Source of the DNA: Spirochaetia bacterium
GTDB taxonomy: Bacteria; Spirochaetota; Spirochaetia; SZUA-6; Bin103
Length of the DNA stretch: 64,000 nucleotides
Assembly: GCA_965198005.1 (NCBI GenBank)
Contig: CBDAOI010000003.1
Span: forward strand, 992,001-1,056,000
Direction: 5' to 3'
A program made the position numbers and the translations under genes. The notes under the pieces are model-generated. The model worked only from the letters and a program-made list of their open reading frames with translations. It was not told the DNA's origin and did not search any database. Numbering within the stretch: the stretch's first letter is position 1; each line of letters begins with the position of its first letter. This document shows, piece after piece, positions 39,240 through 49,175 of this stretch.

Positions 39240-41048
39240 CTAATAGCCCATGGCTTTCTTCAGTTCACTATCAATCCAGAGGCGGGAGAAGACCACCATG
39301 TTTTGCATTCCTCCAAAGCCGCCTTCGCCGTTATAGCTGATCACCCACGGCCAGTGAACGCTAAAGGCTGGCGCCAAAGGCCCCCAGATCGACCAGAACT
39401 GCTCTATTATGCGCCAGTCCATCTGTCTAAACAGCGCCTTCTGTTCCTCGATGGTGGCAGCCACCTGGGCGGCGTCATACAGGGCGTCATATTCCGGGTC
39501 CGAGACTCCAGTGTTCCCGGGATTGCCGCTCCAAAAAAGATGCATATTGATGCTTGGATCAGCCTTGATGCCCAGGACCTGAGGCCCAATCTCCCAGTCT
39601 CCAGCACGTCTTCTAGCGTTAGATTCTGCCATGCTAGGTGTCTCTATGTCCACGGCAACACCAATGTCACGCCAGTACTCTGCGACTAATTCTGCCCAGC
39701 TCACCTCAATCTGCGGGAAGTGCATGTACGTGGTCTTGAATCTCATGCCGTCGGCGCCACGGGGAAGCCCAGCCTCATCAAGCAACCTCTCTGCCCCTGC
39801 CGGGTCATACCTGTGGTATCGCTTGATCTCTTCCGGCCACTCTTCAAATGGGACGTGATAGCCCTTGAATTCCAGGGCGACTATGCCCCGAGGAATCGTA
39901 TCTGCAGCACCCTTGTAGAAGGCATCGTTCATTGTTTCGAGGTCCAGGGCCATCTGCATCGCCTGGCGCACCCTGATGTCGTCCCAGGGCGGCTTGTTGG
40001 TGTTCATGGCAAAGCTAGCATTCGACCGTTCTGACCACGTGTGGAATACGAGCTCGGGGTTGGTCCGCTTGAGGCGATCTGCCGTTTCTATTTCGTTCAA
40101 TTGAGTGGCGCCCGGCCAACCTATGAAATCGATCTTAGCCGTGCGCAGCCCGGCCAGAAATGTGGCCTCTTCAGGGATAACAAGTCCCACTATCTCGTCA
40201 ATATAGGGCAGGCGGTTCTCCGGGTATTTTTCGTCGTAGCCCCAGTAGTTGGGATTCTTGGTCCAGGTTATAGAGCTGCCCTTGGTGAAGTCAGTTATCG
40301 TATAGGGCCCGGTGCCGACAATATTCCTCCAATCCTGCATGTCCCCGTATTGCTCGATTACCTCGGGCGGCTGTATAACAGCATTCCAATCGTCCAAAAT
40401 AAGATTCAGCGCGCGGAGATTTCGCTCCTTCAGCTTCATCACAACCGTATACTTGTCGGTGGCCTCTACCGATTCGAACGGCAAAGCTATGAGGCGACCT
40501 CCCCCTGGGGAAGGGTCGGCTTCACTGAACTGGGTCCCGGTCAATTTATTTCCCAACAGGCGGTGAAAGTTATATTCTACATCGTCGGCCGTCAGCTCGC
40601 GCCCGTTCATCGGTGCCTTATCATGCCAGTGAACGCCTTTACGGATGTGGAAGACATAGGTTGTGTCGTCGGGCTGTTCCCAGCTTTCAGCCAGCGCCCC
40701 GGTCAGGGCGTATAGAGGCGCTATGTAGCCGGTGAGAAAGGGATATGTGTCCCTATCTATTGCCCAGTCCACCATGGCCAGTTTCTCTACAACGCCACTG
40801 GTCATGCCTAACGCTCGGAAGCCAAACCAGACATCACCAGGCTCGAGGTTGAATTTGATGGCCTGGGTCAATGTCCCGCCATACTCTGGCGCGGTCACCA
40901 CGTTGCCGGTGGTGGGGTCGGTCACATACTTCTTGTCGGCGGCCGCTGCCGCCCCCTCTTCATCTGCGCCACCCGCCCAGAGGCCGGTTGCCGTCAGCAC
41001 CAGGACCAACGCAATCGCGAAGGTCATTCTAAACAGGATTTTCATCAT
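39240..41048 (-). CDS. Family-5 ABC solute-binding protein (DppA/OppA-like)
   Basis: Signal peptide, APEYGGTL, GALAESWE, VGTGPY, DIRVRQAMQMALD; 602 aa, intact. Confidence 0.95.
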   Translation of the reverse strand: MMKILFRMTFAIALVLVLTATGLWAGGADEEGAAAAADKKYVTDPTTGNVVTAPEYGGTLTQAIKFNLEPGDVWFGFRALGMTSGVVEKLAMVDWAIDRDTYPFLTGYIAPLYALTGALAESWEQPDDTTYVFHIRKGVHWHDKAPMNGRELTADDVEYNFHRLLGNKLTGTQFSEADPSPGGGRLIALPFESVEATDKYTVVMKLKERNLRALNLILDDWNAVIQPPEVIEQYGDMQDWRNIVGTGPYTITDFTKGSSITWTKNPNYWGYDEKYPENRLPYIDEIVGLVIPEEATFLAGLRTAKIDFIGWPGATQLNEIETADRLKRTNPELVFHTWSERSNASFAMNTNKPPWDDIRVRQAMQMALDLETMNDAFYKGAADTIPRGIVALEFKGYHVPFEEWPEEIKRYHRYDPAGAERLLDEAGLPRGADGMRFKTTYMHFPQIEVSWAELVAEYWRDIGVAVDIETPSMAESNARRRAGDWEIGPQVLGIKADPSINMHLFWSGNPGNTGVSDPEYDALYDAAQVAATIEEQKALFRQMDWRIIEQFWSIWGPLAPAFSVHWPWVISYNGEGGFGGMQNMVVFSRLWIDSELKKAMGY

Positions 41049-41545
41049 CGTTTCTTCCTTGAATGTTATTTCGAGAGTATTGCGTAGCGGATTGCCGCTC
41101 CCTGGCTACTCATACTTCTTGTCGGCGGCCGCCCGCATCTGCGCCACCCGCCCAGAGGCCGGGCGCGCCCGCGCAACGCGGACGGCCAGTCTTGAATGTT
41201 ATTTGAGTCGGATTGCCGCTCCCTGGCTATTCGGGCCCGCAACCGCGGGCGCGCCCGCCAACGCGGACGGCCAGTCTGAGTAATGGCTGAAGCGCGCGGC
41301 GTGTGACTCAACGGGTTCACCCCGGCCTCACGCCGCGCGCGCGTGCGGCTCTTTGAGTATCATTCTGCACCCCCTTCAATCCCCGAACTCCCTATGGTCA
41401 CAGGCTCGTCTGACCATGTCAAGCGCAGACTCCGGCCGTCCGGCCCGAGCGCGTCGAAGCCAGCATGCATGGTACCGGCTGGATTGTGTCTCATGTGATT
41501 GCCCTGCGTCAAGCCGATGGACCACCGCAGGCCAAGCGCAGGAAC

Positions 41546-42880
41546 TCACGGCATGCCGCGCGCGAGGCGCTCCAGGAGATAGGCGGGCAGATTCACGATC
41601 CGCACGCCGTCAGCGCTGGTTTCCGCGTAGGGCGCCAGGCTCGCGATGTATCCGCGGCGCTGGCCGTGGGAGCGCAGATAGGCAACCAGGCCGCGCATGT
41701 GGCGAAGGTTCACCGTGAGGCTCGCCTTGCACTCGACCGGGACCGTGGTCGTGCCGGTCTTGACGATGAAGTCGATCTCCGACCCCGCCGGCGAGCGTTT
41801 CCAGCCGGCCAGCGGCTGCCCGTCGCGCGCCAGCTCGATCGCGGTCTGGTTTTCGATGATCGCGCCGAGCGGAGTGCGCGCGGCCGGCGCGATCGTGTGA
41901 ACCGCGCTGATGGCCGGCACGGCCGACTCGCGCAGCTCGCGGAGCACACCGGTGTCGAACAGGTAGCGCTTGGGCAGGTAGGCATGACTGGCGTGGGCAC
42001 TCGATCCCTTTTGATCGGAGCGCAGGATCAGGTGCCAGCTCTCCAGGCGCGCGAACACCTCGTTGATCTTTGCGTTCACGCGGCTGCCCGGCGCCGGCAC
42101 CACCGAGGTGTTCTTGGACACGCCGCCCACGAAATTGGCGACGCTGCGCAGGCACGAGGTGGCGATATCGACGCTCTCCTCCCCGAACAGGCGTATGAAG
42201 TCCTGCTCGTAGTCGGCGACGATCTGGCGCCGCATGAGGGCGTGATCCTCGCCCGTCGCGTAGGCCAGCACTACGGCCGGCAGCCCGCCGATTGCGAGAA
42301 ACTCGTCGAACCGGGCGAGCAGATGGTCGTGCCGCTGGTTGCTGATCTGCGTGTTACCACTGAGAACCTCGTCAGCGAGGTGGCCTTGCCCGACCGCCCG
42401 CAGGAACTCGGAAAAGGAAAACGGGCCCAGGACCAGGCGGCGAACGCGGCCCACCGGGTAGCGGGTGTGCGGGCGGAACAGGCGCCTGAGCGTCGAGCCG
42501 GACAGGATTACCGTGGCGCGCGGCCATTCTTCCTTCATGAAGCGCACGAACCCGCCGAGCTTGCGGCTCTCCTGGGCTTCGTCGATGAACAGGATCCGAT
42601 CGGCGTGCGGGCGAAACCCGTGGCGGTCGAGCAGCAGGTCCTGGAACGCGCCAAAGTCGCGGCAATCGTCGAATGCCGCACGTTCCAGCGAGTCCCGCTC
42701 CAGGTTGATCTCGACGGTTGGCTTGGCCGAGCCGGCCAGTACGTGCTCCACGAGCGTCGTTTTCCCCACTTGGCGGGCGCCTTCCAGGAGGAGGACCGGC
42801 TTGTGCGGCAGTGGATCCGCGATGAACCGTTCGAGATCGCGCTCCCTGTGGCGTTCAGTGTACGGGATACCCATATTCAT
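41546..42880 (-). CDS. AAA_14 ATPase with DUF4143 C-terminal nuclease-like domain
   Basis: LEGARQVGKT, LFIDEAQ, GGLPAVV, KRYLFDTG, EIDFIV..VPVECKA. Confidence 0.9.
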   Translation of the reverse strand: MNMGIPYTERHRERDLERFIADPLPHKPVLLLEGARQVGKTTLVEHVLAGSAKPTVEINLERDSLERAAFDDCRDFGAFQDLLLDRHGFRPHADRILFIDEAQESRKLGGFVRFMKEEWPRATVILSGSTLRRLFRPHTRYPVGRVRRLVLGPFSFSEFLRAVGQGHLADEVLSGNTQISNQRHDHLLARFDEFLAIGGLPAVVLAYATGEDHALMRRQIVADYEQDFIRLFGEESVDIATSCLRSVANFVGGVSKNTSVVPAPGSRVNAKINEVFARLESWHLILRSDQKGSSAHASHAYLPKRYLFDTGVLRELRESAVPAISAVHTIAPAARTPLGAIIENQTAIELARDGQPLAGWKRSPAGSEIDFIVKTGTTTVPVECKASLTVNLRHMRGLVAYLRSHGQRRGYIASLAPYAETSADGVRIVNLPAYLLERLARGMP

Positions 42881-42944
42881 ACGCTACTATGGTATAGAAT
42901 ATCGGCGATGGCGCCCCACGGTGCAGCGGCAGTTGATCGCTACG

Positions 42945-43045
42945 TCAGACCCGGCCGACGCTGCCGCGCAGGCGGGGGTCGAGCAGGTCGCGCAGCGCGT
43001 CGCCGAACATGTTTACGCTGTACACGACAATCGTCAGGCAGAGAC
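42945..43045 (-). pseudogene. dppC 3'-end fragment
   Basis: LTIVVYSVNMFGDALRDLLDPRLRGSVGRV*. Confidence 0.8.
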
Positions 43046-43090
43046 CGGGCCACAGAGCGAGCCGTGGAGCTATCTCCTGCGGCCTGCTTG

Positions 43091-43125
43091 TTGAAATGAC
43101 CATGTGATGTCCATATGATAGTCAT
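43091..43125 (+). promoter_or_regulatory. Leaderless sigma70 promoter with inverted-repeat operator for phd-vapC
   Basis: TTGAAA (43091-96), 17 bp, TATGAT (43114-19), ATG at 43126; ATGACCAT / ATAGTCAT imperfect inverted repeat overlaps it. Confidence 0.7.
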
Positions 43126-43368
43126 ATGCATTTCGTCACTATTGCCAAGCTCAAGGCAACACTGAGCGCCGAGTTGCGGCGAGTCCGCGCGGGGGAGCCG
43201 GTCACGGTTCTCGATCGTACTACGCCGGTAGCGCTCCTCGCGCCGGTTCCGGAAGCCGTCCGCGTGATTCGGGCAGCGAAAGCGCCCTATGCCTACCGGA
43301 CACTGACGCCGCTGATGGCGCGCGATCCGTTGCCGTATCTGGACGAGGAACGTAGCGAAGCTTGGTAG
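43126..43368 (+). CDS. Phd/YefM-family antitoxin
   Basis: VTIAKLKATLSAELRRVRAGEPVTVLDRTTPVALLAP. Confidence 0.9.
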   Translation: MHFVTIAKLKATLSAELRRVRAGEPVTVLDRTTPVALLAPVPEAVRVIRAAKAPYAYRTLTPLMARDPLPYLDEERSEAW

Positions 43369-43775
43369 CATACCTGGACTCCTCGGTTTTGCTGCGTCAT
43401 ATCCTGCTCGGTGAGGAACCGATCAGGCATGCACTGGCGTTCCCACGGGTGGTGTCGAGCGAGCTGATCGAGATCGAGTGCCGGCGGGTGCTGCATCGCT
43501 GCCGCCTCGCCGGCGAACTCGACGACGAGACCCTGGCGGTGGCGCGCGAACGTCTGGATGCCGTCCTGGCCGCGATCGATCTCCTGGAGATGTCGACGCA
43601 GATCAAACAGCGGGCGATGGACCCGTTTCCCGTACACGTGCGCACTCTCGATGCGCTGCACATCGCGACAGCGCTCGTGCTGGGCGAGGATGTCGGTGGG
43701 ATCGCGCTGTTCTCGCACGACATGGGTATGAATCGCTGCGCCAGATGCCTCGGGTTCACGGCAGCCTTGGCGTAA
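43362..43775 (+). CDS. VapC-family PIN toxin
   Basis: AYLDSSVLLR, SSELIEIE, RTLDALHIATA. Confidence 0.9.
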   Translation: MVAYLDSSVLLRHILLGEEPIRHALAFPRVVSSELIEIECRRVLHRCRLAGELDDETLAVARERLDAVLAAIDLLEMSTQIKQRAMDPFPVHVRTLDALHIATALVLGEDVGGIALFSHDMGMNRCARCLGFTAALA

Positions 43776-43984
43776 TGCCTCGTCTGCATGAGCGCCATGA
43801 TGTTGGGCAGCACGTGCCGTGTCGCGTCCGCCGGGGCCACCGATGATGGCCACCGACCGGGCCACGGCGACGGCGGCCGAGCCGCGCTATCGACGAAGGT
43901 GTCCGCGACGGACAGTCGCGGTCAGAGGCGGCCGACGCTGCCGCGCAGGCGGGGGTCGAGGGAGAGCCCCCCGAAGGTTGACGA

Positions 43985-44386
43985 CTACGGCGTTGGTGAC
44001 AGAATCACCGACCCGACGCGACCGATGTCGGCAAAGTGGCCGTCGGTGGTGAGAACGGTGGCGCCCTCGCGCGCCGCGAGGGCCGCAATCCAGATATCGT
44101 TCGTGGGAATCGGCGTTCCGTGACGGCGCAACTCGACTACGATGTCGGCGTAGTGCGACGCGGCTTCGTCATCCACGTTCAGGATGGCAGCCACCGATTC
44201 CTCAAGGAACTGTCGGAGCCGCTCTTCGTTTTCGCCACGGCGTGTGCCGAGGCGGAACCCCACCCTGAGTTCGCCCAGGACGATGGCCGGCACCAACACC
44301 GACCGGGCCCGGGTCACGGTTCGCACTGCCTCCGGCATTCCTCGCCTGAAGTGGCTGTACCCGGAGGTGTCCAGACAGATGCGCAT
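43985..44386 (-). CDS. VapC-family PIN toxin
   Basis: ICLDTSGYS, IVLGELR, PIPTNDIWIAALA, LTTDGHF. Confidence 0.92.
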   Translation of the reverse strand: MRICLDTSGYSHFRRGMPEAVRTVTRARSVLVPAIVLGELRVGFRLGTRRGENEERLRQFLEESVAAILNVDDEAASHYADIVVELRRHGTPIPTNDIWIAALAAREGATVLTTDGHFADIGRVGSVILSPTP

Positions 44387-44637
44387 CAGCGCCAGAGTTC
44401 CTCGTCGACCTGTTGGAACATCCCGGTGTTGGCCTCGAATTCCTGCAGGTCCGCCTCACTCCAGTCGCCTGCATGGCGGCCCAGCCCGTTGTCATACGAT
44501 GCATCAGGAGTGACTCGGAGCGCGCGGCGCAGCAGATCGATCACGGTCGCGTTCAGGGATCCGCCGCGGCGCGTCTTCTCCGCCATCAGGGCCTCCGAGA
44601 CTTCGGCCGGAACATTGCGAACGGTGAGGTGTGTCAT
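44386..44637 (-). CDS. FitA-like ribbon-helix-helix antitoxin
   Basis: LTVRNVPAEVSEAL...SLNATVIDLLRRAL...AGDWSE; upstream minus-strand TTGACG (44697-92), 18 bp, TAATGT (44673-68). Confidence 0.88.
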   Translation of the reverse strand: MTHLTVRNVPAEVSEALMAEKTRRGGSLNATVIDLLRRALRVTPDASYDNGLGRHAGDWSEADLQEFEANTGMFQQVDEELWR

Positions 44638-44887
44638 GCGTGTACCCTTTTCCTGCGTTCACTGACTACATTACTTGAATGCACCGGCATGCGTCAATCA
44701 AGGAAATGTAAGTCCCTCTGTCTCTCGGGAGGTGTTCAGCGTCGCGGAGGAGTCCGATAGCCGGATCGTGTGTTGCCTGGGGGGCGGCTGGGAGTCGAGA
44801 CTCCTTGCAGGCGACGCTGCTGCCGGCCCGTTTCGGTCGTTTCGGCCGGATCCCATCCCTGGCTGGTTCGTGGTATTCTGATGCAAC

Positions 44888-45409
44888 GTGTCGTCTCCCC
44901 GCCAGCAGCGTTGGGGTCAGGGGTACCCCGAACTGAAGCCACTTCTGGACCTGTACCTGGCCAGGGTGCGCGACCGACTCGGGGACCGCTTGTCGGCGGT
45001 AGCCCTCTATGGCTCCGTTGCCCGCGGACAGGCGCAGGCGGCGAGCGACGTGGATCTGTTCGTGGTCCATCGCGGCCCGCGTGCTGCCGTGTTCGAGGTA
45101 TTCCTGCACGTCGCGCTGCAGTTGCGGGAACATCCGCTGGTAGGTGAGTTGCAGGCGCGCAAGGTCCCGACCGAGCCGTACGCGGTGTTCCGTACCGAGA
45201 CGGAGCTGGCCGATACCCCCTGGCTCCTGCTGGACATCTGCGACCACGGCATCATTCTGTTCGATCCGCGCCACGTGTTGGCGCGCAAGCTGGCGAGCCT
45301 AAAGCTGCGGCTGCGCGAACTTGGCTCGCGCCGCGTAGAGCTGGCCGACGGTTCGTGGTATTGGGATCTGAAGCCCGATATGCGCCCCGGCGAGGTCATT
45401 GCTCTGTAG
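44888..45409 (+). CDS. Minimal nucleotidyltransferase (MNT) domain protein
   Basis: ALYGSVARG....SDVDLFVV; C-terminal WYWDLKPD tail. Confidence 0.9.
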   Translation: MSSPRQQRWGQGYPELKPLLDLYLARVRDRLGDRLSAVALYGSVARGQAQAASDVDLFVVHRGPRAAVFEVFLHVALQLREHPLVGELQARKVPTEPYAVFRTETELADTPWLLLDICDHGIILFDPRHVLARKLASLKLRLRELGSRRVELADGSWYWDLKPDMRPGEVIAL

Positions 45410-45426
45410 CGACGCAGCGGTTGCCA

Positions 45427-45897
45427 ATGGACAACGGGGAGCGCGGCCGCAGGCTGATGGCGATGGCCGCCGAGTATCTACAGGATATGGACACAGCCAC
45501 CGGCCGCAAGTCGTGGAACGCGGTGGTTCGCCGGGCGCAGGAAGTGGTCGAACTGGCATTGAAGGGCGTGCTCAGCTACCTGGGGGTGGACTTTCCGAAA
45601 GTGCACGACCCGGCCGCGGTGTTCATCGCTACCTTGTCCGCGCGGGGCATGGCGTTGAGCGCGACGGAGGCGGAGGACGTCACCAACGTCTCGGCTACAC
45701 TGGCGCGCAAGCGGGCGCCAGCGTTCTATTTCGAGCAGGTCGAAGATGAGTCGACGGCCGAGGAGGAGGCGGCCAATGCGCATCGCATCCACCGGATCTG
45801 CATGCGGCTTGTCGCCGCCATCGAGTCGGAACTCCCGGAACCGAATGAGCGCCCCCCCGAGCGAACGGCAGCCGAGGGAGAGCCCCCCGAAGGTTGA
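45427..45897 (+). CDS. HEPN domain protein (MNT-HEPN pair)
   Basis: VVRRAQEVVELALKG, FPKVHD, RAPAFY; ATG 45427. Confidence 0.88.
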   Translation: MDNGERGRRLMAMAAEYLQDMDTATGRKSWNAVVRRAQEVVELALKGVLSYLGVDFPKVHDPAAVFIATLSARGMALSATEAEDVTNVSATLARKRAPAFYFEQVEDESTAEEEAANAHRIHRICMRLVAAIESELPEPNERPPERTAAEGEPPEG

Positions 45898-46029
45898 CAA
45901 AGATCAACGAGATCGTGCACGGCCGCCTGCTGCGCAGGTATGCGGGCGGTCGCATGGGCCAACCCGATGAGGTCGCCGCCGCGGCGCTGGGCTGACGGAG
46001 CGACCGGCCATGGCCGCCGACAGTGGCGG

Positions 46030-46597
46030 TCAGAGGCGGCCGACGCTGCCGCGCAGGCGGGGGTCGAGCAGGTCGCGCAGCGCGTCGCCGAACATGTTGA
46101 TGCTGTAGACCACGATGGTCAGGCACAGGCCCGGCCAGATCGCCAGCCGCGGCGCCATCTCCATGTACTGGCGCCCTTCCCGGCTGCAGCAGCCCCTGCC
46201 CAGCTATCGACATGATGGTCAGCAACAGCAGCAGGCCCGGGAACGACATCCAGGCATCGACGAATCTCTGCACCAGCAGATCCAGTTTGCCGCCGATGAA
46301 CCCCGCGGTGCCGCCGATCAGCACCGCAACCACCACGTGCAGGGTGGTCGCCGCCAGGCCGACGAACAGCGAGATGCGGGCCCCGTAGATGAGGCGGCTC
46401 AGGAAGTCGCGTCCGAGCTGGTCGGTGCCCAGGGGATACACACTCGATGGGCCGGTCAGCCGATCTGCCAGCTGCATTTGATTCGGATCATGCCCCGCCA
46501 GGGACTCGGCGAAGATGCTGACCAGGACCAACAACAGCAGGACAACGCCTCCGAACGCCCCCAGGGGCTGCTCCTTTATCAGTCTCTTGAGCAGCAT
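46030..46597 (-). pseudogene. DppC-like permease with internal deletion and frameshift
   Basis: ...SIAGQGLLQ jumps to GRQYMEMAPRLAIWPG...DLLDPRLRGSVGRL*; the EAA region is missing. Confidence 0.85.
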
Positions 46598-47550
46598 TAG
46601 GCGTAACGGACCCGGGGATCCAGATAGGCGTAGATGAGGTCGACCATGAGATTGATTCCCATGACCGCGGCCGCGAACGTCAGGTTTATGCCGGAGACCA
46701 CCGGGTAGTCTCGGTCACGGAGGGCATCGAGCATGAGACGACCCAGCCCCGGCAGGCCGAAGATGTTCTCCATGATCACCGAGCCGCCGATCAGGATCGG
46801 CATCTGCAGACCGATCAGGGTGACCACCGGGATCAGGGCGTTCTTGATGGCGTGTCTGACGATGACGACCCGCTCCTGCAGACCCTTGGACCAGGCGGTC
46901 CTGATGTAGTCCTGCCTGAGCACCTCCAGCATCATGGTGCGCGTCATCCTCATGGTGGCTGCAGCAAGATAGGTCCCCAGAATCAGACTGGGAATGATGA
47001 ACACGGCCATGCTGCCCAGCGGGTCTGCGCGGAACGGAACGAGCGTCAACGGTGGCGACCAGGCCCACCAGATGGCAGGAAAAGTCACTATCAAGGTTGC
47101 CAGCCAGAAGTTGGGCGTTGCCAGGCCGATGATGGCGACCGACCGCCCGACGTAGTCGGCGGCCGTATTGCGGCGCATCGCCGAGTAGATGCCGACCGGC
47201 AGCCCGATCAGCAGACCGATCAGGATCGCCATCACTCCCAGCTGGACGGTTGCCGGCAATCTGCCGAGTATCTTTTCCTCCACGCTCCAGCCTCCCAGCA
47301 GGGTTTCGCCCATGGTGCCTTCAAACAACATGCCGCCTACCCAGCGTCCATACTGCACATGAACCGGCTGGTCCAGGCCCAGCATCTTCTCAACGGCTTC
47401 CCGGTCAATCTGGACTAAGTTATTCATGCGGCCTTCCATGACATCGATCACATCGCCCGGAATGAAGCGCACCGACAGGAATACCAGTATCGACAGCAGC
47501 AAGAAGGTGGGTATCAGGAGCAGAATGCGGCGGATGATATACGCTCTCAT
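46597..47550 (-). CDS. DppB-like ABC permease
   Basis: MRAYIIRRILL...QDYIRTAWSKGL...DPRVRYA, intact. Confidence 0.93.
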   Translation of the reverse strand: MRAYIIRRILLLIPTFLLLSILVFLSVRFIPGDVIDVMEGRMNNLVQIDREAVEKMLGLDQPVHVQYGRWVGGMLFEGTMGETLLGGWSVEEKILGRLPATVQLGVMAILIGLLIGLPVGIYSAMRRNTAADYVGRSVAIIGLATPNFWLATLIVTFPAIWWAWSPPLTLVPFRADPLGSMAVFIIPSLILGTYLAAATMRMTRTMMLEVLRQDYIRTAWSKGLQERVVIVRHAIKNALIPVVTLIGLQMPILIGGSVIMENIFGLPGLGRLMLDALRDRDYPVVSGINLTFAAAVMGINLMVDLIYAYLDPRVRYA

Positions 47551-47598
47551 GGAGTCGCGCAGCGACTCCCGTTTCAATCGCCCGCAGGGGCGATTGAT

Positions 47599-48593
47599 TC
47601 AGAATCCCATCTCCCGCTTCAGATCCTTGCAGGTATGGGGTCCCGAACCCCCACAGTTCAATGCAAACCAGTGCCGAGAGTCCCCAGCATATCGATCTTA
47701 CCCGAGCGCAGGGCCGCGAGCCGCGCCGCCGGATCTAGCATGACCAGGGAGTTGATCTCATCGACGTAGGGCAAGCGGTTCTGCGGGAACTTCTCGTCGA
47801 AGCCCCAGTAGTCGGGATTCTTGGTCCAGGTCAGAGAGCTGCCTTCGACCACGTCCGTCAGCTCCATGGGCCCAGTGCCAACCAGATTCCTCCAATCCTT
47901 CATGTCGCCGTGTTGCTTGATGACCTCCGGAGGGTAGATATAAGAAATCCAGCCGTCGATGATTCTAGCCAGGCCAGTAAGGTCTCTCTCCTTCAGCTTG
48001 AAAACAACCGTCCCTTGGTCGGTGGCTGTCACGGATTCCGTCTCGGGCAGGGCATAACCGGCGTGCGGCGAGGCTTCGCTGAAGCCGCTGCCGATCCCCA
48101 AGAGGCGATGATAGTTGAACTCAATATCCTCGGCAGTTAATTCTCTCCCATTCATTGGTGCCTTGTCGTGCCAGTGAACGCCCTGGCGGATATGGAAGAT
48201 GATCGTTGTGGGGTCGGGCGTTTCCCAGCTTTCAGCCAGGTGGCCTTTAAAGACAGATAGAGGTTGGGCAGAGGTCCTCCAGTCAAATACGTCCCTATCT
48301 ACTCCCCAGTCCCCGATGCCTAGCTTCTCATTAACCAAGAAAGTCATGTGAGAGCCCGAAAAGCCTCCATCGTACCAGGCATCAGCACTCTTTGGCTCGA
48401 ACGTAGTGCCAAAGGTCAAAGTCCCGCCGTACTCCGGCGCGGTTACCATCTTGCCGGTGGCTGGGTCGAGCACCATCTCCTTCTCCACCGCCGCGGCCGG
48501 CTCCTCCTCTGCAGCAGCCGCCCAGAGGCCGGTTGCGGCCAAGCTGAGCACGAGCACAAACACCAAGGTGTGTGCACCTCTTGAAAGATTCAT
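47599..48593 (-). pseudogene. Family-5 SBP with large internal deletion
   Basis: N-terminal half intact to LAALRSGKIDML, then joins almost directly to the C-terminal KDLKREMGF*. Confidence 0.88.
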
Positions 48594-49175
48594 ATTGATC
48601 TCTCCTCTATTGTCCGATTATGAGAGTTCTGCCGTGGCGAGTTGCCGCTCCCTGCCACTCTCGCGCCCGCAACGCGGGCGGCCAGACAGCGACGGCAATC
48701 TCCAATCGTCAGGCGCGTCGTTAAGCGCGCGGCGTGCGCCTCATGCACTCAGGGGCTCAGGCCGCGCGCCTGGTGTGGTTCTTGGCGTACCAGCTTGCAC
48801 CTCCTTCTTGCGCAGATTTTTCGATTTCGATGCGATGCATACGGCCACGCGCCAGGCGCAGGGTGTCGCCTGGACCGCCTGGCCCGGTAGTTGACGGAGT
48901 GAGGCCGAAGGCGCGGGCGTGCGCCGGAGCACACGCAGGTGCGGCCTGCGCCGCCCGGTCGGCCGGAGCGGTTAGCTAGCTAGTTCTCGGGTGAGTGAAA
49001 GTTGGGGGGGGGGGGGGTAGAACGGTAGACGCACCGGCCGCTTTGCGGCTAACCGGTGGCTGCGCGGAGGTGTGTGGCCATGCAGCATTCGCATCGGTCG
49101 CGATTCCAAGGCCCTCATCATAGGCGACGTCGCAACAGCCGTCAAGCGTGCGTGTCGTCTTTTCGTAGCCGTCGG

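Noticed and set aside
49004-49017. G14 homopolymer as a phase-variation tract
   Set aside because: Intergenic, about 400 bp from the nearest start and not within a recognisable promoter; homopolymer length is unreliable here.
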